Origin: Verrucomicrobiaceae bacterium
GTDB taxonomy: Bacteria; Verrucomicrobiota; Verrucomicrobiia; Chthoniobacterales; JAATET01
NCBI GenBank assembly: GCA_027488755.1
Contig: JAIYAZ010000047.1
Location: 95,982-159,981 of the forward strand
Reading direction: 5' to 3'
Length of the DNA: 64,000 nt
Shown here in pieces: positions 12,244 to 20,798 of this stretch. The number at the start of each line of letters is the position of its first letter. Positions within the stretch are counted from its first letter, which is position 1. The position numbers were made by a program, and so were the translations under genes. Under the pieces are notes generated by a model. That model had not been told where the DNA came from. It saw nothing but the letters and a program-made list of their open reading frames with translations, and did not search any database.

Positions 12244-12641
12244 GGCTCCTCGGAGGTGGCGAGGACGACGGAGAAGCCGCGGGTGACCCCGGCGTTGGCG
12301 ACGGCGACGATGAGGTCGGCGGGGGCGCGGCGGTCGGCCTTGATGATGAGGGTGCGGGCGTTGCCCTGGAGGGCGGCGAGGCGGTCGCCGAGTTCGGCGG
12401 CGTCCATGCGGCGGTTGTCGAAGAAGATGGCGGGGAGGGGTTCGCCGGTGATGCTGACGACGCGGGGGTCGCGCTGGGGGGCGAGGAGGAAGGGGGAGTC
12501 GGGCACCTTGACGGCGATGCCGGGCTGGAGGAGGAAGCCGCCGGAGAGGAGGGAGAAGGCGAAGAGGATGGCCGCGAGGTTCGCGGCGGGCAGGAGCAGC
12601 AGCGGGGCGAAGCCGGGCTCGAGCGTGCGGTGTAGCTTCAC
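12240..12641 (-). CDS. exbD: Biopolymer transport protein ExbD/TolR
   Basis: GTG start at 12641 overlaps the exbB stop (GTGA). VKLHRTLEPGFAPLLLLPAANLAAILFAFSLLSGGFLLQPGIAVKVP...RTLIIKADRRAPADLIVAVANAGVTRGFSVVLATS. 133 aa, typical ExbD topology. Confidence 0.85.
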   Translation of the reverse strand: MKLHRTLEPGFAPLLLLPAANLAAILFAFSLLSGGFLLQPGIAVKVPDSPFLLAPQRDPRVVSITGEPLPAIFFDNRRMDAAELGDRLAALQGNARTLIIKADRRAPADLIVAVANAGVTRGFSVVLATSEEP

Positions 12642-13285
12642 AGCTCCGTGGGGGCGGGGCCGTCGGGGCGGCCCGAGCGGCGGAGGTCCATGAGGAGGTT
12701 GATGACCTCGATGCCGGCGCGTTCCATGTCGTGCATGAGGCTGTTCACGCGGCCGGAGAGAAACTGGTAGCCGAGGAGGGCGGGGATGCAGATGGCGAGG
12801 CCGGTGGCGGTGGTGAGGAGGCTTTGGTAGATGCCGGCGCCGATTTGCGTGGCGGTGGCGTAGCCGCCTTCGGCGCCGATGGCGGTGAAGACGTCGATGA
12901 GACCGAGGACGGTGCCGAGAAGGCCGACGAGGGGGGCGAGGTAGATGATGGCGAGGAGGAGGCCGAGGTTGCGCTCGAGCCGGGGGACTTCGAGCTGGCC
13001 GGCGTCCTGGGCGATGTCGCGGAGTTCGGCGCGGGGGAGGTCGGGTTTGGTGAGGACGGCGCGAATGACGCGGGCGGCGGGTCCGGGGGTGGTGGCGCAT
13101 TCGCGGAGGGCCTCCTCGAGGTGGCCGAGGGCGACGAGGTTGGCGAGGCCGCGGAGGAGCTCACCGACGCGGATGGTGGCGCGGTGGAGGTAGAAGGCGC
13201 GCTCGAGAAAGATGGCGACGGCGACGACGCTGCACACGAGGAGCACGCCCATGAGCGGGCCGCCTTTTTGGAGAAACTCGAGCAT
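12638..13285 (-). CDS. exbB: MotA/TolQ/ExbB proton-channel protein
   Basis: 215 aa. MLEFLQKGGPLMGVLLVCSVVAVAIFLER, and the C-terminal motif LLGTVLGLIDVF...TATGLAICIPALLGY. Confidence 0.9.
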   Translation of the reverse strand: MLEFLQKGGPLMGVLLVCSVVAVAIFLERAFYLHRATIRVGELLRGLANLVALGHLEEALRECATTPGPAARVIRAVLTKPDLPRAELRDIAQDAGQLEVPRLERNLGLLLAIIYLAPLVGLLGTVLGLIDVFTAIGAEGGYATATQIGAGIYQSLLTTATGLAICIPALLGYQFLSGRVNSLMHDMERAGIEVINLLMDLRRSGRPDGPAPTEL

Positions 13286-13384
13286 GGGCGGTGGGAAAAT
13301 TACGAAATTCGGAAAGGCTGAAAATCGGAAATTCTGAACGGAGGCGTCAGTGTTTCAGCATTTCGGGATTTCAGCATTTCTTTT
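13286..13384 (-). promoter_or_regulatory. AT-rich intergenic region upstream of exbB with two sets of direct repeats (candidate promoter/operator)
   Basis: tttcagcatttc occurs at 13353-13364 and 13369-13380. gaaattc occurs at 13304-13310 and 13328-13334. The region is far more AT-rich than its surroundings and lies between the ftsY stop and the exbB start. Function not established. Confidence 0.3.
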
Positions 13385-14233
13385 TCAAAGCATGCGCTCG
13401 ACGAAGGCTTCACGGTCGAAGAGGGCGAAGTCGTCGAGGGTTTCGCCGGTGCCGATGTAGCGGGCGGGGAGGCCGAGTTCGTGCTGGATGGCGACGAGGA
13501 CGCCGCCCTTGCCGCTGCCGTCGAGCTTGGTGACGATGATGCCGGTGAGGCCGATGGCTTCGTGGAACTGGCGGGCCTGGACGAGGGCGTTGGTGCCGGT
13601 GGTGGCGTCGACGACGAGGAGTTTTTCGTGGGGGGCGTCGGGGTCGTGTTTGGCGAGGGTGCGGGCGACCTTGGTGAGCTCCTGCATGAGGTTGCTCTTG
13701 GTGTGGAGGCGACCGGCGGTGTCGCAGATGAGGAATTCGACGTTGCGGCGGTGGGCGGCGGCGTAGGCGTCGTAGCAGAGGGCGGCGGAGTCGCCGTTGT
13801 ATTGGCCCTTGATGACGTCGACGCCGATGCGTTCGCCCCAGACGCCGAGTTGCTCGATGGCGGCGGCGCGGAAGGTGTCGGCGGCGACGAGAAGGGCGGT
13901 GTGGCGGTCGCGGCGGAGGGCGTGGGCGAGTTTGGCGGAGGAGGTGGTCTTGCCGGTGCCGTTGACGCCGACCATGAGGATGGCCTTGGGGCGGTTCGGG
14001 AGCGGGCGGAGGGCGGGGGAGCCGAGGGGGAGGACCTGGAGGATTTCGGAGCGGGCGACGTCGACGACGGTGCGGGCGGTGAGCTCGCCGCCGCGGGCGC
14101 GGAGGGCCTCGAGGATGCGCAGCGTCATGGGGACGCCGAGGTCGGCGCGGATGAGGGTTTCCTCGAGTTCGTCCCAATCCACCGGGCGGCCGGTGAATTT
14201 ATCGACGAGGTTTTTGAAGAAGCCGAGGGCCAC
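13385..14233 (-). CDS. ftsY: Signal recognition particle receptor FtsY (NG domain only)
   Basis: 282 aa, GTG start. GVNGTGKTTSSAKLA (G1), DTAGRLH (G3), TKLDGSGKGG (G4). Confidence 0.95.
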   Translation of the reverse strand: MALGFFKNLVDKFTGRPVDWDELEETLIRADLGVPMTLRILEALRARGGELTARTVVDVARSEILQVLPLGSPALRPLPNRPKAILMVGVNGTGKTTSSAKLAHALRRDRHTALLVAADTFRAAAIEQLGVWGERIGVDVIKGQYNGDSAALCYDAYAAAHRRNVEFLICDTAGRLHTKSNLMQELTKVARTLAKHDPDAPHEKLLVVDATTGTNALVQARQFHEAIGLTGIIVTKLDGSGKGGVLVAIQHELGLPARYIGTGETLDDFALFDREAFVERML

Positions 14234-14694
14234 TAGGAATTCTCGATGGGGGATTTCGGCGGCTCGATCCCGGCGGCTTCGCGAGCGGGGCGGGCGAGTT
14301 TGAGGCGGATGCGGTCGAGAACGCCGTTGACGAATTTACCGGATTCGTCGGTGCTGTATTTTTTGGCGATTTCGATGGCTTCGTTGATGGAGACCACCGG
14401 GGGCACACCGGGGCAGTGGAGCATTTCGTAGATGGCGAGGCGCAGGATGTTGCGGTCGACGGCGGAGATGCGGTGGAGTTCGTAGTTTTCGGCGTGCTCC
14501 TTGATGAGGGCGTCGATGGCGTTTTGCGTGGCGAGGACGCCAGGGATGAGGGCGTCGGTGAAGCGGCGGGCGGCGGGGCTGAGGCCGCGCATTTTGTAAA
14601 ACACCTGGAGGTCTGCGAGCTCGGAGGTGGGGTTGAGATCGCGTTGGTAAAGAAACTGGATGGCGGCCTCGCGGCCTTCTCGGCGGACTCCCAT
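14233..14694 (-). CDS. nusB: Transcription antitermination factor NusB
   Basis: 153 aa. RREGREAAIQFLYQ, VDRNILRLAIYEM, INEAIEIAKKY. Confidence 0.9.
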   Translation of the reverse strand: MGVRREGREAAIQFLYQRDLNPTSELADLQVFYKMRGLSPAARRFTDALIPGVLATQNAIDALIKEHAENYELHRISAVDRNILRLAIYEMLHCPGVPPVVSINEAIEIAKKYSTDESGKFVNGVLDRIRLKLARPAREAAGIEPPKSPIENS

Positions 14695-14704
14695 AAGGAA
14701 AAAA

Positions 14705-15184
14705 CTAGCTGGTGATGATGGTCTGCACGACCTGCGCGGTGGCGGCGGCGGCGCGGGCGGCCTCGCGGCCGCGGTTGAGTTCGGGTTCGAGGCAGCGGGC
14801 GCGGGCCTGGGCCTCGGTGTTCACGAGGAGGACTTCGTGGATGACGGGGACGTTGTGGCTGAGGGCGATGCGCTGGAGGGACTCGGTGATCGAGGCGGCG
14901 ATGAGGTCGGCGTGCGCGGTTTCGCCCTTGAGGATGAGGCCGAGGGCGAGGATGGCGTGGTAGCGGCGGCGCTCGGCGAGGAGTTTGACGATGAGGGGGA
15001 TTTCGAAGGAGCCGGGGGCGTCGAAGACTTCGATGGTGGCGGAGGGGTCGATGGCCCGCAGTTCGGCGACGGCTTCGCGTTCGAGGGCGGAGGTGAATTC
15101 GCCGTTGTAGCGGCTGACCACCAGCGCGAAGGCGCTTTTCGCCGTGGGGGCGAGGCGCGGGCGGGCGGGCAGGGATTTGGACAT
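14705..15184 (-). CDS. ribH: 6,7-dimethyl-8-ribityllumazine synthase
   Basis: Trimmed to the ATG at 15184. FALVVSRYNGEFTSAL, VFDAPGSFEIPL, ILALGLILKGETAHADLIA. 159 aa. Confidence 0.9.
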   Translation of the reverse strand: MSKSLPARPRLAPTAKSAFALVVSRYNGEFTSALEREAVAELRAIDPSATIEVFDAPGSFEIPLIVKLLAERRRYHAILALGLILKGETAHADLIAASITESLQRIALSHNVPVIHEVLLVNTEAQARARCLEPELNRGREAARAAAATAQVVQTIITS

Positions 15185-15246
15185 CGGGTCAGTTTGCCAG
15201 AAATGACGGGCGTGGCAACTGCGCGCGAAGTGGGGCGGGGCGGCGG

Positions 15247-16458
15247 CTAGAGGAGATGGCCGAGCTTTTTCTTTTTGGTGGCGAGGTAGCGGGCGTTGTG
15301 GGGGTTGGCAACGCTGCGGATGGGGACCTGCTCGACGATCTCGAGGTGGTAGGCTTCGAGGCCGACGACCTTGCGGGGGTTGTTCGTCATGAGGCGGATT
15401 TTGCGCACGCCGAGGTCGCAGAGGATCTGGGCGCCGAGGCCGTAGTCGCGGAGGTCGGGGGCGAAGCCGAGTTTTTCGTTGGCTTCGACGGTGTCGAGGC
15501 CCTGCTCCTGGAGCTTGTAGGCGTGGATCTTGGCGGGCAGGCCGATGCCGCGGCCTTCCTGGCGCATGTAGACGAGGACGCCCGAGCCGGCGGCCTCGAT
15601 CTGCTGGAGGGCGGTGTGGAGCTGGGGGCCGCAGTCGCAGCGGCGGGAGCCGAAGACGTCGCCGGTGAGGCATTCGCTGTGGACGCGGACGAGGGTGGGG
15701 GTCTCGGGGGAGATGTCGCCCTTGACGAGGGCGAGGTGGTTCTGTCCGTCGAGGTCGGAGCGGTAGAGGTGGAGGTTGAAGGAGCCGTAGTCGGTCGGCA
15801 TGAGGATGGTCTCCTCGCGGATGACGAGCTTCTCGCTTTTGCGGCGATAGGCGATGAGGTCCTCGATGGTGCAGATCTTCAGCCCGTGCTTGCGGCCGAA
15901 GCGGAGGAGGTCGGGGAGGCGGGCCATGGAGCCGTCGGCGTTGAGGATTTCGCAGATGACGGCGGAGGGGTCGAGGCCGGCGAGGCGGGCTAGGTCGACG
16001 GAGGCCTCGGTGTGGCCGGCGCGACGGAGGACGCCGCCGGCGCGGGCCTGGAGCGGGAAGATGTGCCCGGGCTGGACGAGGTCGGCCGGGGTGGCGTCGG
16101 GGTTGGCGAGCACGCGGATGGTGGCGGCGCGGTCCTTCGCGCTGATGCCGGTGGTGATGCCCTTGGCGGCGTCGACCGAGACGGTGAAGTCGGTCTGATA
16201 AATTTCGCGGTTGTGGGCGACCATGCGCTGGAGGCCGAGGCGGGTGGCGCGTTGCTCGGTGATGGGGGCGCAGATGAGGCCGCGACCGAAGGTGGCCATG
16301 AAGTTCACGGCGGCGGGGGTGATTTTGCTGGCGGCGATGACGAGGTCGCCTTCGTTCTCGCGGTCGGCGTCGTCGGTGACGATGACGAGTTTGCCCTTGC
16401 GGATGTCGGCGATGACGTCGGGGATGGGGTCGAACTTCGGGGCGCGCTTGGTCGGCAT
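15247..16458 (-). CDS. ribBA: Bifunctional 3,4-dihydroxy-2-butanone-4-phosphate synthase / GTP cyclohydrolase II
   Basis: 403 aa. [15 protein letters not shown] (RibB). [21 protein letters not shown] and [11 protein letters not shown] (RibA). Confidence 0.95.
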   Translation of the reverse strand: MPTKRAPKFDPIPDVIADIRKGKLVIVTDDADRENEGDLVIAASKITPAAVNFMATFGRGLICAPITEQRATRLGLQRMVAHNREIYQTDFTVSVDAAKGITTGISAKDRAATIRVLANPDATPADLVQPGHIFPLQARAGGVLRRAGHTEASVDLARLAGLDPSAVICEILNADGSMARLPDLLRFGRKHGLKICTIEDLIAYRRKSEKLVIREETILMPTDYGSFNLHLYRSDLDGQNHLALVKGDISPETPTLVRVHSECLTGDVFGSRRCDCGPQLHTALQQIEAAGSGVLVYMRQEGRGIGLPAKIHAYKLQEQGLDTVEANEKLGFAPDLRDYGLGAQILCDLGVRKIRLMTNNPRKVVGLEAYHLEIVEQVPIRSVANPHNARYLATKKKKLGHLL

Positions 16459-16550
16459 GGTCTTAAGGGATACTCACGCAAAGGGCGCGGTGGACGCAAC
16501 GGAATGCATGTTTTGCTCCGACCGGCGGTTGGCGCCGGCTGCGCGGGCCG

Positions 16551-17117
16551 TTACTTCCGGCAGTAATAAACGAAGGCGGGCGGGAGGTTGCGCACGACGA
16601 CGGGCGAGGTGTGCGTCTCGGGAAAAATGCTGCGGAGCATTTTGCGGAAGCTTTGGCCGCCGGGGAGCCAGTGCGGCCCGAAGTAGGCGAAGGTGGCAAA
16701 CACGCCGTCGCCGCCGAGGACGTTGTGGATGCCCTCGAGGATGGTGCGCTGGAGGGTGGGGTCGAAGATCGTCCAGGGCAGGCCGGAGACGATGCTGTCG
16801 GCCTCGTGGATCTCGTGGGTGGCGGCGTGCGAGGGGAGTTCGGTGGCGCAGCCCTGGACGATGGCGGTCTGCGGAAAGCGGTGGCGGAGCCGGGAGGCGA
16901 AGTTTTCGTTGCGCTCGAGGGCGACGAAGTGGGCGTGGTCGGCCTTGGTGCGGAGGATTTGCTCGGTGAAGACACCGGTGCCGGGGCCGAGCTCAAGGAT
17001 GCGGCGGGCGGATTTCACGCCGGCCTTGTCGACGATGACCCGGGCGAGATGGCGCGAGGAGGGAGCGATGGCGCCGGTCGTCTGGTGGGCAAAGACGGCT
17101 TCCTTGAGGAAAAGCAT
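16551..17117 (-). CDS. Class I SAM-dependent methyltransferase (phospholipid N-methyltransferase-like, COG3963 type)
   Basis: Trimmed to the ATG at 17117. TGAIAPSSRHLA and ILELGPGTGVFT (SAM motif I). 188 aa. Confidence 0.7.
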   Translation of the reverse strand: MLFLKEAVFAHQTTGAIAPSSRHLARVIVDKAGVKSARRILELGPGTGVFTEQILRTKADHAHFVALERNENFASRLRHRFPQTAIVQGCATELPSHAATHEIHEADSIVSGLPWTIFDPTLQRTILEGIHNVLGGDGVFATFAYFGPHWLPGGQSFRKMLRSIFPETHTSPVVVRNLPPAFVYYCRK

Positions 17118-17175
17118 GGTGGCGCAAGCGTAGCAGCCGGGCGGGGAGGGGCAAAAGCCTTTTGCGGCGGGGTCG

Positions 17176-17550
17176 CTACTGGGTGTGGAAGAGCCAGTAG
17201 GCGAGGGCGCCGAAGACGACGACGATGATGACGAGGGCCGTGAGGAACGGGAAGGCGGACTCGGAGGTCTCCTCAGCCTCGATGCCGTCGATCTCGGTCG
17301 CGATGGCGTCGAGGTTCTGGAAGACCTTGGCGGGCGTGGTCTCGGGCGGGAAGCAGGCCTTGAGGGCGGCGCAGTGGGCAACCGCGGCGGGGCCGTCACA
17401 GGAGCGCAGGTCGCTATAGGAGTAGTCGCGAATGGCGCTGAGCCGGCGCATGGCGTCCTTCCACACGGCGGACTCGCCGATGTGCTCCCGAATGTCGGCA
17501 AGCGCGCGTTCGAGCTTGCGGTGGTCAATGCGGGAGTTGGCGGTGTTCAT
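17176..17550 (-). CDS. Hypothetical tail-anchored membrane protein
   Basis: 124 aa with high GC3. Soluble N-terminal part, then a single C-terminal TM helix FPFLTALVIIVVVFGALAYWLF. No recognisable family. Confidence 0.5.
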   Translation of the reverse strand: MNTANSRIDHRKLERALADIREHIGESAVWKDAMRRLSAIRDYSYSDLRSCDGPAAVAHCAALKACFPPETTPAKVFQNLDAIATEIDGIEAEETSESAFPFLTALVIIVVVFGALAYWLFHTQ

Positions 17551-17690
17551 TCGGTCGCGATGGCGGAAAGCAAAGGTCTGCCTAACCTGCCGGGGCCCTC
17601 CGGCTCAAGGAAAAGGGGACGTCGCCGCCCGGACGACGCCGAAAAAAATCCGCGCAGGTGCGGAGCGGGTTTGTGTGCGACTTTGGGGGC

Positions 17691-18254
17691 ATGAAAAACA
17701 AATGGCTGCTGCCGGTGGTGGCGGGAGGTTTTGCGGTGGTCGCGGCCGTGGGATATGGCGTGTATGCCACCTCGCGGGCGGCGGTGGCGGCGGCGCCCTC
17801 CAGCACGCTGCGGCGCGACGGGGATTTTGCGCTGCGCGAGTATCCCGAGCTGCCGGTGATCGAAACGAGCATGCGGAGCGGTGACGAGGCGTTCATGCGG
17901 CTGTTCCGCTTCATCGACGGCCAGAACGCCCGACGGGAAAAAATCGCGATGACGGCACCGGTGTTCGTCGACGGAGCGGAGACGATGAGTTTTGTCCTTC
18001 CCGCGGGCACCGCGGCGGAAGCCTCGGGCGCGGACGTTCGCGTGGGCCGGCGGCCGGCCGAGCGGGTGGCGGTCTACCGCTTTTCGGGCCGGGTGCGGCC
18101 CGGGCAGGCCGGCGAGGCGGAGAAGCGGCTGCGGGCGTGGATGGCGGCGCAGCACCTCGCGCCGCGCGGCGAGTTGATCGAGGCCTACTACGACTCGCCG
18201 TTTGTCCCCGGTCCGCTGCGGCGCAACGAGGTGATGCTGCGCGTGGCGGATTAG
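17691..18254 (+). CDS. SOUL/HBP-family heme-binding-like protein (membrane-anchored or secreted)
   Basis: Start trimmed to MKNKWLLPVVAGGFAVVAAV. YPELPVIET...FMRLFRFIDGQNARREKIAMTAPV...AVYRFSG...AYYDSPFVPGPLRRNEVML matches the SOUL domain pattern. Confidence 0.7.
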   Translation: MKNKWLLPVVAGGFAVVAAVGYGVYATSRAAVAAAPSSTLRRDGDFALREYPELPVIETSMRSGDEAFMRLFRFIDGQNARREKIAMTAPVFVDGAETMSFVLPAGTAAEASGADVRVGRRPAERVAVYRFSGRVRPGQAGEAEKRLRAWMAAQHLAPRGELIEAYYDSPFVPGPLRRNEVMLRVAD

Positions 18255-18267
18255 CCGGGCGGGCCGC

Positions 18268-18753
18268 CTAGCGGCGCGTGAGACGGACCTGGATCGTTTC
18301 GGAACCGCCCGCAATCTGCCGCGAGCCGTCGCCGAAGGTCTTGTCCATCGTGAGTCGGATCGTGATCGTGCCCTGGCGGCCGCGGAGGACCCCCGAAATC
18401 GTGACCGTTGCCCCGCGGAGATCCATGCGGCTCCGGCTGTTGAGCACAAAGCTGTCGGAAAAACGGCCGTTCGCCCGGAGTTGCGCCGTGCCGCTCTCCG
18501 CGCGCGTGATGTTGGTGCTCTGCTCGACCGCGGGCGTCGCGGGCTGGCCGGGAATCTCCGTTTGCACCAGGGCGCGGAACCCGGCGATCTCGATCCGTCG
18601 GATCACCCCCTGCGCGGTGGACTCGAACAACACGGATGTCCCGTCCGCCGACATTCCGCCGTAGGTCCCTACCGCCGAGGGGGCCGCTCCGGCCCCTCCC
18701 GCGAAGCCCAAACTCACCACGGCCAGCAGCATTCCCATCGTCAGTTTCTTCAT
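18268..18753 (-). CDS. Hypothetical secreted protein (beta-rich, lipocalin-like guess)
   Basis: Trimmed to MKKLTMGMLLAVVSLGFAGGAGA (signal peptide). 161 aa, ends ...QVRLTRR. No family recognised. Confidence 0.5.
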   Translation of the reverse strand: MKKLTMGMLLAVVSLGFAGGAGAAPSAVGTYGGMSADGTSVLFESTAQGVIRRIEIAGFRALVQTEIPGQPATPAVEQSTNITRAESGTAQLRANGRFSDSFVLNSRSRMDLRGATVTISGVLRGRQGTITIRLTMDKTFGDGSRQIAGGSETIQVRLTRR

Positions 18754-18956
18754 AGCAATCGGCGTTTTTTTCGAAGCGGTTCCGCGTGTCTTGCGGTCCG
18801 CTTCGGTGGGCAACCATCGGCGAGGAAATCGCGGGCCGCAACCGAAAAGAGGGGTATGGGGGCAGGGGTCTCTCTGCCCCGGCTGCGGCGCGGGAAGTCC
18901 CGCGTGAAAACCGCACGCCGCAGTTCGGTTTTTTGTGGCGGCGTCGCGTTGCGCGC

Positions 18957-19409
18957 TTAGCGGCGCGTGAAGCGGCCCAGCAGCTTGACTCCGTCCGAAT
19001 ACGAGGCGGAGAACACATAGGTATTCGGGCTGAGCAGGCGGATCGAGATCCGGCCCGTGCGGTCGTTATCCCGCGTGTAAATGCGCAGGGTTGCCGTCCG
19101 GAAGCTCCAATAGCCAGTGGCGATGCGATTCACTTGGCCTTTCTGCGTCGTGATCGAGTCGAGATTGCCGTCGGCGAAGCAACGCAGAAGGATTCGGTTT
19201 AGCGCGGCGTCGGAGCGAACCGTCGTCTGCTCGATTAAGCCTTTTCCCTGAAACTTTTTGAAACTTGTCGTCGTCTGCTGCTCCTCGGTTTTGCCTTTGA
19301 ACGTTTTTACACGAACACCTTCCCAGTTCCCGACGAGGTCAGACAACTCGAGGGCGGAAGCTGATTGGGCAAGGAGGGCGAGGGCGAAAAGAGGAGCGAG
19401 AAATTTCAT
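18957..19409 (-). CDS. Hypothetical secreted protein (lipocalin/DUF1579-like guess), low-GC gene
   Basis: 150 aa. Signal peptide MKFLAPLFALALLAQSASA, LVGNWEG motif, ends ...GRFTRR. My hand count gives about 58% GC, versus roughly 65-75% in neighbouring genes. Confidence 0.5.
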   Translation of the reverse strand: MKFLAPLFALALLAQSASALELSDLVGNWEGVRVKTFKGKTEEQQTTTSFKKFQGKGLIEQTTVRSDAALNRILLRCFADGNLDSITTQKGQVNRIATGYWSFRTATLRIYTRDNDRTGRISIRLLSPNTYVFSASYSDGVKLLGRFTRR

Positions 19410-19511
19410 ATTCTCTGCAAACCTAAGGACCTAGCAGGTTGAATCAAGGGGAAAGATTGGGATTTTACGCCAAGGGCGGAACCCGGGCGTTTGGAGGCCT
19501 GCACGACCAGA

Positions 19512-19820
19512 TTACGCGATTGGTTCCCGGATGAAGATGCACCCGCCGGGCTCGTCAATGTCGGCCCGGCCCGCGGGAGCTTTCTGGCGAAGGACCTCGC
19601 CGGCGACCCGCTCAAGAATCTCCCGCCGCCGCCCTACCGCCCAGGGTTGCCGCGCGTTCCATTCGGCCAGGGCTTCAAAACAGATGACCGCGAGCGTCTC
19701 GCCGCTCGCAAACTCCCAGTAGAACGAAATGCGGCCGGCGGGTTCCTGATACTCCACCGAGCCGCTGCGCCCGCGCGACGTGATCTCCACGCTCCAGGGA
19801 TCGGAGGCTGGTTGACTCAT
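19512..19820 (-). CDS. Hypothetical small cytoplasmic protein
   Basis: 102 aa with no signal peptide. Starts 10 nt downstream of the PEP-CTERM gene, so it is probably co-transcribed. No family recognised. Confidence 0.45.
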   Translation of the reverse strand: MSQPASDPWSVEITSRGRSGSVEYQEPAGRISFYWEFASGETLAVICFEALAEWNARQPWAVGRRREILERVAGEVLRQKAPAGRADIDEPGGCIFIREPIA

Positions 19821-19829
19821 GGGCTCCGG

Positions 19830-20585
19830 TTATGCCCCGGCGCTTATCCGCTGCCGCAGCCGCGTGAAAATGCGGACCGCTACCAGCAGGCCCAGCGCGA
19901 CCGCGAGAACCATGCCGGCGTCCCGCGGCTCCGGCACCGGCGCGGGCTCGATCGTCACGAGTGGGGTGACCGTCGGCGCGGTGTAATCGGAGTCGGTGAA
20001 CTGCGCCCAGCCGCCCTCGAACCAATTGATCGTCACGTCGTTCGGGTTCACCGCCCACGTCGCGCGGAAGCGCAGGCCCTCGAAGGTGAAGGCGGCGCTC
20101 GGGGCGGCGTAGGCGTCGATCTGAACGTTCGAGGCGTTGTTGGAGCTTTGGTAGAACGCGAAGGACGAAGTCGAAAGCGCCGGAGCCCCCGCCGAGGCAT
20201 TGATCCACTCCATGGTCTCACCGGTGAGCATGCTGATCTCGGGCGTTCCCCCGATGTTCACGCCAAACTGGAACCACCGGAACAGCATGAACATCGGTGC
20301 CTCCGGACTGCCCCCGACCTCCGGCGAGAAGGCGAAGACCTGGTTCGCCGACGCCCGGAATTCGAGGGTGAACGCGTCCCCCGCGCCAATCCCCGTGAGA
20401 TTCAGTGCGCCCGGCACGGGCGTCGCATTGAGCTGGGTCTGCACGCTTGGCGGCATGTGCATTTCCGGGAAACCCGGATCGTAAGTGGTGATCGGCTCTC
20501 CGCTGACGCTCTGGATAAACTGGGCCCGGACCGGCAGGCCGAACAGGGCGACACCAACGAACAGAGGAAGAATCAACCGTTTCAT
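19830..20585 (-). CDS. PEP-CTERM sorting-domain protein (putative exosortase substrate)
   Basis: Trimmed to MKRLILPLFVGVALFGLPVRA (signal peptide). C-terminus is PVPEPRDAGMVLAVALGLLVAVRIFTRLRQR, that is VPEP plus a TM helix plus a basic cluster. Confidence 0.75.
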   Translation of the reverse strand: MKRLILPLFVGVALFGLPVRAQFIQSVSGEPITTYDPGFPEMHMPPSVQTQLNATPVPGALNLTGIGAGDAFTLEFRASANQVFAFSPEVGGSPEAPMFMLFRWFQFGVNIGGTPEISMLTGETMEWINASAGAPALSTSSFAFYQSSNNASNVQIDAYAAPSAAFTFEGLRFRATWAVNPNDVTINWFEGGWAQFTDSDYTAPTVTPLVTIEPAPVPEPRDAGMVLAVALGLLVAVRIFTRLRQRISAGA

Positions 20586-20798
20586 CGCTCCGAGGACTTT
20601 ATCATGAGCGCCCACCTCGCCGTCAACCGCCCCGACCGGCTTAACGCGGGAAGTCGAACCCCCGTTCTCGCGGCCGACGTGGGTCCCATGGTCCTCATCG
20701 ACTCGCGAATGTCCTCAGTCAAGATGTGACCCCAAAACCCGCTCCAAACCGGCGAGGACTTCCGGATTCAGCGCGTGAACGATTCCCGAACGGTCCCC

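Noticed and set aside
16459-16550. Possible FMN (RFN) riboswitch upstream of ribBA
   Set aside because: Only 92 nt are available, and I could not find the conserved RFN core helices or sequence. The one GC hairpin (ccggcg..cgccgg) looks like the terminator of the upstream methyltransferase gene.
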